A stretch of DNA of 17,009 bases from Acinetobacter chinensis. GTDB lineage: Bacteria > Pseudomonadota > Gammaproteobacteria > Pseudomonadales > Moraxellaceae. Numbering within the stretch: position 1 is the first letter of the stretch; each line of letters opens with the position of its first letter. The DNA is taken from the NCBI RefSeq assembly GCF_002165375.2, contig NZ_CP032127.1, forward strand, positions 1-17,009. The letters are read 5' to 3'. Positions 8,949 through 15,137 of this stretch are shown in pieces. The position numbers were made by a program, and so were the translations under genes. A model generated the notes under the pieces. It saw only the letters and a program-made list of their open reading frames with translations, had not been told where the DNA came from and ran no database searches.

Positions 8949-9004
8949 CTCTATACTGCTTTAAGCAACTGTTCTATTTAGTAATAAAGCTTTTATCCTT
9001 AATT

Positions 9005-9020
9005 ATTTAACATAATAGAG
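9005..9020. other. Left part of an IS-disrupted pdif site: XerD arm ATTTAACATAA plus start of the central region
   Basis: The XerD arm is identical to those at 4651 and 14400. Joined to 10307-10318 it reconstitutes ATTTAACATAA-TAGAGC-TTATACGAAAC. Confidence 0.65.
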
Positions 9021-9077
9021 GTGGTCCCACTTGTTTGAACAACTAAAAGCGTATTTATAAGTGATATTCCGCTCTAG

Positions 9078-9956
9078 TTAAGCCACCTTGTTTTGTTGGG
9101 GTAGCTGATCATAGTAAAACTCATTTGGTGTCATTTTGTCTAGACTCGAATGAGGTCGTTTCAAATTATAAAACTCAAAATATGCACTTAATTGCTTTTT
9201 CGCATCTGTGACACTGCTATAAGCTTTGAGATACACCTCTTCATATTTAACGCTCCGCCATAATCGTTCAACCATCACATTATCTACCCATCGACCTTTA
9301 CCATCCATACTGATTTGAATGCCATTTGATTTCAATACATCAATAAATGCATCACTGGTAAACTGGCTGCCTTGGTCTGTATTAAATATTTCAGGTCGAC
9401 CATATTTTTCAATCGCTTCATTTAAAGCCGAAATACAAAAATCCACCTCCATACTAATCGATACCCTATGCGCAAGTACCTTGCGGCTATGCCAATCAAT
9501 CACAGCACATAAATAAACAAAGCCTTTTGCCATAGGGATATACGTTATATCCGTAGACCACACTTGATTACTGCGCTGAATAGCCAACCCTTTGAGCAGA
9601 TATGGATATTTACGGTGAGCTTGATTAGCCTGGCTTAAATTTGGTTTGCAATATAACGCCTGAATACCCATTTTCTTCATTAAAGTACGTGTATGACGTC
9701 GTCCTATATGATGTCCTTGACGATTCAACAAATCACGCATCATACGACTGCCTGCAAAAGGATATTGCATATGTAATTCATCAATACATCGCATCAGCTT
9801 CAGATCTGATGCACTCACAGGTTTTGGGCGATAGTAATAACAACCACGGGAGACTTTCAGCAGCTTAGCTTGCTTAGATACTGAAATCTGAAGTGAGTCG
9901 TCGATTAACTTTTGTGGTTGAAGCGGCCCAGTTTCTTCAACACACCTTCTAAAAAA
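9078..9956 (-). CDS. IS3-family transposase OrfB (DDE integrase core), expressed as an OrfAB fusion by -1 frameshift
   Basis: The -1 frame is open from 9956. The slippery heptamer T TTT TTA lies at 9950-9956 on the minus strand, inside the orfA/orfB overlap. An rve core is present ('WSTDITYI...', 'FNTDQGSQFTS', 'VERLWRSVKYE'). Confidence 0.8.
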   Translation of the reverse strand, partial: FFRRCVEETGPLQPQKLIDDSLQISVSKQAKLLKVSRGCYYYRPKPVSASDLKLMRCIDELHMQYPFAGSRMMRDLLNRQGHHIGRRHTRTLMKKMGIQALYCKPNLSQANQAHRKYPYLLKGLAIQRSNQVWSTDITYIPMAKGFVYLCAVIDWHSRKVLAHRVSISMEVDFCISALNEAIEKYGRPEIFNTDQGSQFTSDAFIDVLKSNGIQISMDGKGRWVDNVMVERLWRSVKYEEVYLKAYSSVTDAKKQLSAYFEFYNLKRPHSSLDKMTPNEFYYDQLPQQNKVA

Positions 9957-10210
9957 TCAATTTCTAATGCCTGCTCACCGATTTTTGCATGTAGTTTTTT
10001 TAGATCGATGGGTGGTTCTGTTGGAGCTTTTGATTGATCGAAAGCTTGCGAGGAAGCTGAGATCAATTGATTTTTCCAGTCAATAATTTGGTTTTGATGA
10101 ACATCAAACTCAGCACTCAATTCAGCAAGTGTTTTTTCTGCTTTAATCGCAGCAAGTGCTACCTTAGCTTTAAAATCATTTGAATGATTTCTTCTTGGTC
10201 TACGTGCCAT
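9905..10210 (-). CDS. IS3-family transposase OrfA (HTH)
   Basis: 'MARRPRRNHSNDFKAKVALAAIKAEKTLAELSAEFDVHQNQIIDWKNQL' is a typical IS3 OrfA with a leucine-zipper-like tail. The track ORF starts 4 codons earlier, at 10222. Confidence 0.85.
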   Translation of the reverse strand: MARRPRRNHSNDFKAKVALAAIKAEKTLAELSAEFDVHQNQIIDWKNQLISASSQAFDQSKAPTEPPIDLKKLHAKIGEQALEIDFLEGVLKKLGRFNHKS

Positions 10211-10301
10211 AAAATACTCCATATATTGATGTTTATAACATCATTTGAGGAGCAGAATATCACTTATAGGAGTTGTTCAAATTTACGGATCCATCTCTTA
10301 A

Positions 10302-10318
10302 TAGAGCTTATACGAAAC
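10302..10318. other. Right part of the IS-disrupted pdif site: central region TAGAGC plus XerC arm TTATACGAAAC
   Basis: See the feature at 9005-9020. The XerC arm (reverse complement GTTTCGTATAA) closely matches the other XerC arms. Confidence 0.65.
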
Positions 10319-10386
10319 GTGTTTTTAATATTACTTTAAGATCAGTATCTTATCGTTATTCATACCCTCTGGAACGTTCTCGTTCA

Positions 10387-10416
10387 ACCGACTTGGAAAC
10401 AAGTCGGTTTCTTTTT
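10387..10416 (+). terminator. Rho-independent terminator
   Basis: The stem is ACCGACTT / AAGTCGGT with a GGAAAC loop, followed by TTCTTTTT. Confidence 0.6.
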
Positions 10417-10721
10417 AAGCAAAACTGTAACTTTTAGCCAATAAAATTGATCAAAAAACATTCGTTTTTACATTTTTTCCTGATTTCTCAAGGGTCACAG
10501 TTCAGAAATAATCCCCAATTTCTGCGGACAACTCTTGGGATAAAAAGTGACCAAACTTGTACGTTTTGGCGCACATTCATTCAGGTGCTTTGCGTCTATG
10601 CCATTCTTCATCAATTTCTTATCATGGGGACATAGAGAGCAGGATGCTCCAGATAAGAATAATAAGATCAGATACAAGGAATGTGAGGTACGACAGGAGT
10701 TATACCTAAGCATCAAATACG

Positions 10722-10751
10722 AAAAACCCCGACAGGATGTCGGGGTTTTTT
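10722..10751. terminator. Bidirectional rho-independent terminator; ends the minus-strand RexAB-like operon
   Basis: A GC-rich stem CCCCGACA / TGTCGGGG, with A5 upstream and T6 downstream, so a T-run follows the hairpin on both strands. Confidence 0.8.
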
Positions 10752-10763
10752 ATTGTCCGAATG

Positions 10764-10791
10764 TTCTCGAAAAATCAGTATTATGCTCATT
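10764..10791. other. Degenerate pdif-like site (XerC-XerD orientation): TTCTCGAAAAA-TCAGTA-TTATGCTCATT
   Basis: The XerD arm matches TTATGTTAATT at 9/11 and is followed by the same TTTAGAAAA flank as the sites at 1673 and 6976. The XerC arm keeps the TCG..A.AA core (7/11). Its orientation fits the alternating pattern of the other sites. Confidence 0.4.
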
Positions 10792-10814
10792 TTAGAAAAA
10801 TTAAATGTTCTAAG

Positions 10815-11282
10815 CTATGCCACCTTATTGCTATTAACCAATACGTTAATACCAACAAATATGGTTAAGACTGATTGCAAGAAACTTGCAATAAATAATC
10901 CAACGAAAAACTTCAATAAAATTGACAAATTAATAGCTTCTGTTTTAGCAAAACCAAGTATTGATAGAAAGCCGGCCAAAGATAGGTAGATAAGACACGA
11001 TACCCATAAACAAGCAAAAGCTACTCCGAACTTTCTACGGTAGTTATTAACTCCTGGCTTAGATAGTCCGTATACCAACGTTACAATCATTGCTACGATT
11101 CCAAACATTGCTATTGAGTAACTCAATAGCGCAGTTGCAAGATCTTTGGAATTTTTATAGAAGCTAAAAGTAAAAAAGTTATTGAGATAGTGGAAATAGG
11201 CACACTCTATCAGAAGCCCAATTAGCGGGGTTGTAAAGATAAGCAATACGATCATCCATCTGTTCTGGGACTTCTTGTTCAT
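10815..11282 (-). CDS. RexB-like small inner-membrane protein with four predicted TM helices
   Basis: About 155 aa from ATG 11282, with an AAGG 9 nt upstream; the track uses TTG 11291. Four hydrophobic segments are present: WMIVLLIFTTPLIGLLIECAYF, LATALLSYSIAMFGIVAMIVTLVYGL, FGVAFACLWVSCLIYLSLAGFLSILGF and LSILLKFFVGLFIASFLQSVLTIFVGI. It lies directly downstream of the RexA-like gene. Confidence 0.6.
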   Translation of the reverse strand: MNKKSQNRWMIVLLIFTTPLIGLLIECAYFHYLNNFFTFSFYKNSKDLATALLSYSIAMFGIVAMIVTLVYGLSKPGVNNYRRKFGVAFACLWVSCLIYLSLAGFLSILGFAKTEAINLSILLKFFVGLFIASFLQSVLTIFVGINVLVNSNKVA

Positions 11283-12135
11283 ACTCTTCAACCTTATCTT
11301 TTAGCTCTACATTATTCTCAATTTTTTCCTTTATCTCATCGAAAACCTTACTTTCTTCAGTGCTTTTAATCTCGTCATATAGTGCACCAGCACTATGGAT
11401 ATAAAAATCTTTTACATTATCTTCAAGATTTTGTTTTCCTCGTAAAATAATGCCTTTGATACCATCATCCTCCATAGATACCAATGTTTTTTTAATAGTG
11501 TCAGTTAAAGATTTCCTTGATGCCGGCTTAATAATGATTTCAAAACTTTCAATAACTTCTAGATCATTAGGATTAGTCGATCCTAAGAAAAATTCTTTAA
11601 ATGATTCCCCTAGACTACTATCTTTACGAACTAAAAACCGTGTAGTTCCAATAAATGGTAGTGTCATAGCCTGATTCTTTGTAATTTCAGTTTTCAAAGG
11701 ATGAACAACAAAACTAATATCCTGAATTCTGAGCATAACAAGTAAGTTATTTATATACATTTGGAATGCTGTAAACTTTGGAGAAAGTACTCTTGATGCA
11801 AATCCAAATACTCTTAGTGTTGGATGAAAATACACATACGATGCAAACCCTAAACTCTCATCTTTACTTAATAAAGACTGAATCTCATAAGCCTTAATTT
11901 CATCGTCTTTCTTCTCAATTCTTTTAATAATTTCTCTATCTTTAGTCTGTACAAATAAATAAAAGCTATTTACGACAGGAAGTAAATATAGGTTTTCGCC
12001 AGAATGTCGGTTTTGCTTAGCGAATGGTAAAGCTTCATTCGAAGTTGATGATTTAATAAAATCATTGATCTCCATTCTAAATTGGCTTTTATCTTCAAAT
12101 TTTTCAAAACAATAAGTAAAGTAGTTAAGTTTCAA
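11179..12135 (-). CDS. RexA-like protein (phage-exclusion / abortive-infection sensor component)
   Basis: A 318-aa soluble protein with a TTG start and a strong SD GAGGGG 8 nt upstream. The blocks 'YLFVQTKDREIIKRI', 'DESLGFASYVYF...FGFASRVLSP', 'PFIGTTRF' and 'EIIIKPASRK' line up with my recollection of lambda RexA ('FLFTKTNDKSLVQKI', 'DESLGFPSFLFV...IGFARTVFGP', 'HFIGRTT', 'DIVIKPKFKR'). Confidence 0.6.
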   Translation of the reverse strand: MKLNYFTYCFEKFEDKSQFRMEINDFIKSSTSNEALPFAKQNRHSGENLYLLPVVNSFYLFVQTKDREIIKRIEKKDDEIKAYEIQSLLSKDESLGFASYVYFHPTLRVFGFASRVLSPKFTAFQMYINNLLVMLRIQDISFVVHPLKTEITKNQAMTLPFIGTTRFLVRKDSSLGESFKEFFLGSTNPNDLEVIESFEIIIKPASRKSLTDTIKKTLVSMEDDGIKGIILRGKQNLEDNVKDFYIHSAGALYDEIKSTEESKVFDEIKEKIENNVELKDKVEEYEQEVPEQMDDRIAYLYNPANWASDRVCLFPLSQ

Positions 12136-12357
12136 GTGTTAATCCCCTCATTAATCAAAACATAATATCTTAAATATCAACTAAAAGTGCTCACCTTTAA
12201 GGGCGTGTAAAGAACCTAGTTCTTATATTATTTCCACATATCAATCTTAGTCTGGTACAGCTCCACAAATGTTAGCTGTCTCACGACAAATTTTTTCATA
12301 AGTTTTACTTTCAAAAAAAACTTGCAATCATATGCATTCATTATCAATATATCATTT

Positions 12358-12369
12358 TGTCCTAGGACA
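12358..12369. promoter_or_regulatory. Perfect 12-bp palindrome TGTCCTAGGACA 20 nt upstream of the wHTH gene (candidate operator)
   Basis: The sequence is self-complementary and is followed by a further GGACA copy (12372-12376). It lies between a TTGCAA -35-like hexamer (12322-12327) and the ATG at 12389. Confidence 0.35.
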
Positions 12370-12388
12370 GCGGACACTGTGAATTAAA

Positions 12389-13015
12389 ATGCTTAAGTCT
12401 CAAGATATTCTTGTTTTAGTAAAGTTGCTATCTATTCAAAATGGATTACGTACATCGTCAAACTTCAGTAGGACCTATAGCAACGATTACTCGGACTTCT
12501 ATTTAAAAAGATCTCTTAGCCATCTGTTGTCAGTTAGAGGACTGGCCGAATCTATTGTTATGGGTAAAAGTGAAGTATCAGAATGCATTAAACGATTAGT
12601 AAAAGTTGGCCTACTAGTTATTCACAATCAAAACTTTTCTCAAAGATTGGACTTAGCTAGTCTGGATTGGGATATTAATAAAAGGGGATTTTTCCATTTA
12701 GTCATTTATAGTTTTCAATATTTTTTCCCAGCAGAACTAAAATCAATGGATTTTGGGCTTCCTACAGCATTTTCTAAAGAAGGTCTAAATTCTCTCTTAG
12801 CATATAGCTCTCCAGTACCTTATATTTGGCCAATACAAACCTATAAATCTATTTCAGGCATAGCAGTTGAACCTATGCATAAATCAATACCATATGCAGC
12901 AATTAATGATGAATATCTCTATGAAATATTTGCAATAATTGATATTTTTAGAATGGGTTCTCCTAGAGAGAAACATATCGCAGAAAAACTATTTTTAGAC
13001 ATTTTAGGCTTGTAA
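12389..13015 (+). CDS. Winged-helix DNA-binding protein, AbiEi-like putative antitoxin/regulator
   Basis: A 208-aa protein with an HTH ('LSVRGLAESIVMGKSEVSECIKRLVKVGLL') in the N-terminal half and a separate C-terminal domain. It is the first gene of a tightly packed three-gene operon. Confidence 0.55.
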   Translation: MLKSQDILVLVKLLSIQNGLRTSSNFSRTYSNDYSDFYLKRSLSHLLSVRGLAESIVMGKSEVSECIKRLVKVGLLVIHNQNFSQRLDLASLDWDINKRGFFHLVIYSFQYFFPAELKSMDFGLPTAFSKEGLNSLLAYSSPVPYIWPIQTYKSISGIAVEPMHKSIPYAAINDEYLYEIFAIIDIFRMGSPREKHIAEKLFLDILGL

Positions 13016-13020
13016 AACGA

Positions 13021-13719
13021 ATGAACTCACCATTAATTATAATGCTAGAAAAAGTAGCAAATGCCCTAACTCAAGATCTTAGGCAGGAAATGGTATTCAT
13101 TGGTGGATGTACTACTAGTCTACTGTTAGATCCTGAAAATCATTCATTAGCTACAAGATACACATATGATGTGGATCTAATTGTAGATATAACAACTCAT
13201 GCAGAATGGTATTCACTAGAAGAGAAGATTCGGAAATTAGGTTTCGTGAATGATCAAAATGATAATATTTTATGTCGCTATAGATTAGGGAATGACTTGA
13301 TTGTTGACTTTATGCCTACAGATTCAAATATCTTAGGTTTTAGTAACTATTGGTATGAACAAGCTATTACTCACAAGATTACGTATTGTCTACCAAATAA
13401 AACTGAAATAAACATACTCGAATCCCCATATTTTTTGGCTACAAAATTTGAAGCTTACAAAGGTCGAGGAAATAATGACCCCTTAATGAGTAAAGATATA
13501 GAAGATATTTTAACTGTATGTATGGGTCGAAGCTCTCTAGTTGAAGAAATATACTCTAGCCCTCAAGAGTTAAGAGATTATCTCTCTAATGTACTATTAG
13601 AGTTACACCATCATTCAGAATTTGAAATTGTCTTAGATGATCAATGTCGATATGGTTCAAAAGAAAGAGTTAGGCAAGTTATAAACGCAATAATCAAACA
13701 ATGGAATAAAGCTTTCTAA
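13021..13719 (+). CDS. Nucleotidyltransferase-fold protein, AbiEii/MenT-like putative toxin
   Basis: A 232-aa protein with a Pol-beta-type NTase signature: 'FIGGCTTSLL' (G-G/S loop) followed by 'YDVDLIVD' (DxD). A helical C-terminal part contains 'PYFLATKFEAYKGRG...SKDIEDIL'. It starts 5 nt after the wHTH gene's stop. Confidence 0.6.
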   Translation: MNSPLIIMLEKVANALTQDLRQEMVFIGGCTTSLLLDPENHSLATRYTYDVDLIVDITTHAEWYSLEEKIRKLGFVNDQNDNILCRYRLGNDLIVDFMPTDSNILGFSNYWYEQAITHKITYCLPNKTEINILESPYFLATKFEAYKGRGNNDPLMSKDIEDILTVCMGRSSLVEEIYSSPQELRDYLSNVLLELHHHSEFEIVLDDQCRYGSKERVRQVINAIIKQWNKAF

Positions 13720-14393
13720 TGATTTTTTTCCATTTTACTCATAATCAATGCCTTCCTAACAAACATGGAATAGATGGAACCGGTGAACTTAAATCTAATC
13801 CGCTTTTAGAACTTTGCTATGTAATTGATGGACATAGTAAACATCCCAATAGCGCTATTCTGGTATCTAATTTCCATAAATTTATTCTGGAAAAAAAAGA
13901 AGAATTTACAGATTTAATAAATGAAGATGAGGTAATTAGAGAATTCCTTGAAAGAGTAATTAAAGAATTTCACAAATCTCAATATAGACAGCTCATCCCA
14001 GCAGCCATGAGTATCTGCCTAATCATTTTTAGTCCCCAAAAGGTCTACAGTGTGCATCTAGGAGACTGCCGTTTAGGTCTAATTTTTGAAAAAAAGTTAG
14101 AGTGGTTAACTTATCCACATAATTTAACAATGTGCCGGATTATAGATATTGAAACTTTAGACTTAGAAGAAACATTAAGATCTTCAGCTGATAATCATAT
14201 TGTAACTAATTCTTTAAATACTAAACGCCTAAAAAAAATTGAAATAAATGTATTTAATAGAAAAAAAGGAACATATCTTTTAGCAACAGATGGTTTATGG
14301 AAATTAGAGGTTCATAAAATTCTATCAACTGTAAAAAATAAAGAAAACTATAATGAAATTGATGATTTAGCTTTCATTATAGCTAATGACTAG
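13719..14393 (+). CDS. Minimal PP2C-family (PPM) Ser/Thr phosphatase-like protein
   Basis: A 224-aa protein with the four acidic PPM motifs in the canonical order: 'VIDGHS', 'HLGDCRLG', 'LLATDGLW' and 'IDDLAFII'. Its ATG overlaps the NTase stop (TAATG). Confidence 0.65.
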   Translation: MIFFHFTHNQCLPNKHGIDGTGELKSNPLLELCYVIDGHSKHPNSAILVSNFHKFILEKKEEFTDLINEDEVIREFLERVIKEFHKSQYRQLIPAAMSICLIIFSPQKVYSVHLGDCRLGLIFEKKLEWLTYPHNLTMCRIIDIETLDLEETLRSSADNHIVTNSLNTKRLKKIEINVFNRKKGTYLLATDGLWKLEVHKILSTVKNKENYNEIDDLAFIIAND

Positions 14394-14399
14394 TTCTTC

Positions 14400-14430
14400 A
14401 TTTAACATAAAAAAATCTCTTATGCGAAGC
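14400..14430. other. pdif-like site (XerD-XerC orientation) with an atypical 9-bp central region: ATTTAACATAA-AAAAATCTC-TTATGCGAAGC
   Basis: The XerD arm is identical to those at 4651 and 9005. The XerC arm (reverse complement GCTTCGCATAA) resembles the other XerC arms. The arms are 9 bp apart instead of 6 bp because of an A7 run. Confidence 0.45.
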
Positions 14431-14563
14431 TTGCTTGTTAAAAACCATTTGTGAAGATCTGTATCAAGATTATTGAGAGTATCTATAAAAAATGATGATG
14501 TAGCTATCAAGTCAACCAACTATCTTTGGACATTTAGTTTTCGAATATTATAGGCGGATAAAA

Positions 14564-14806
14564 ATGAGTTTTATGGAACAAATAGAAGAATCTCCAGCTA
14601 AACTGATAGCGATAGCTTTGACGGTAAATTTAATCCTTTTATCATGGATTTTGGATGGCTTCCTCCAAACAAATTTGATTGCATTTAGTCTTCATCACCC
14701 TGATGGAGATATTTTAATATTCACAATAATAGTACTGCTTCTTCTTACTTATATGATTAGTGGTAAATCAGGGCTATTAATGAAATTTTTTTCATTTTTT
14801 GACTAA
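14564..14806 (+). CDS. Small hypothetical membrane protein (two predicted TM helices)
   Basis: An 80-aa ORF with hydrophobic segments 'LIAIALTVNLILLSWILDGF' and 'ILIFTIIVLLLLTYMI'. GGA lies about 7 nt upstream of the ATG. Confidence 0.45.
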   Translation: MSFMEQIEESPAKLIAIALTVNLILLSWILDGFLQTNLIAFSLHHPDGDILIFTIIVLLLLTYMISGKSGLLMKFFSFFD

Positions 14807-15103
14807 TTGTAATCATGCTTATTCACCATTAAATAAACAATCCAATTGTTTTTCTTATGTTTTTTTAACTTTCGTCGAGTCTTAATAATAAAATATTAAA
14901 CTTTCAAAAGACAAGAGTGGCTTACCAGTCATGGACCTGTAGACCATAAAAGATATGGCGAGCTAAATACATTATTCCAAAACTTATGTGAAATATAGCG
15001 GTTCTATTGCATAGGAAACTGAGGTCTAATACCCCATCCCTTCTCACATGATCCACTTTAACAGCTCAAGATTTATGGGACTTTATTAAAATCCCTATAG
15101 AAT

Positions 15104-15137
15104 AAAAAATATGGGAGTAAAAACTCCCATATTTTTT
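15104..15137. terminator. Bidirectional rho-independent terminator immediately after the 85-aa gene
   Basis: The stem is ATATGGGAG / CTCCCATAT with a TAAAAA loop. An A-run lies upstream and a T-run downstream. Confidence 0.7.

Larger units (their letters stand above)
9017..10298 (-). mobile_element. IS3-family insertion sequence (orfA/orfB with -1 frameshift); ends uncertain by about 6 bp
   Basis: Terminal IRs are TGGTCCCACTTGTTTGAACAAC (9022-9043) and the reverse complement of 10272-10293, TGGATCCGTAAATTTGAACAAC. They share the TGG ends and TTTGAACAAC. The flanking repeat is either TAAT (9013-9016 / 10299-10302) or AATAGAG (9014-9020 / 10300-10306), depending on where the ends are drawn. 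Confidence 0.8.

Noticed and set aside
7685-9868. Shadow ORFs at 7685-7894 (in tetA), 8690-8878 (in tetR), and 9319-9516 and 9641-9868 (in IS3 orfB).
   Set aside because: They are antisense to well-supported genes and have biased, non-protein-like composition.
10698-10725. Weak pdif-like pattern AGTTATACCTA-AGCATC-AAATACGAAAA.
   Set aside because: With correct 6-bp spacing, only 5/11 and 8/11 positions match. Its orientation would also break the alternation.
10447-10989. Four mutually overlapping ORFs: 10447-10635, 10495-10716, 10547-10795 and 10753-10989.
   Set aside because: They overlap one another in different frames. One traverses a strong terminator and the pdif-like site, and one is antisense to the RexB-like gene. 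None has recognisable domains.
11450-11674. 74-aa plus-strand ORF inside the RexA-like gene.
   Set aside because: It is a shadow frame of a better-supported gene on the opposite strand.
14967-14994. TTATGTGAAAT (14984-14994), which resembles a pdif XerC arm (10/11 to the arm at 4668) or a XerD arm.
   Set aside because: The 11-mer at the required 6-bp distance (ATACATTATTC) matches neither arm consensus (about 5/11). At most this is an orphan half-site.
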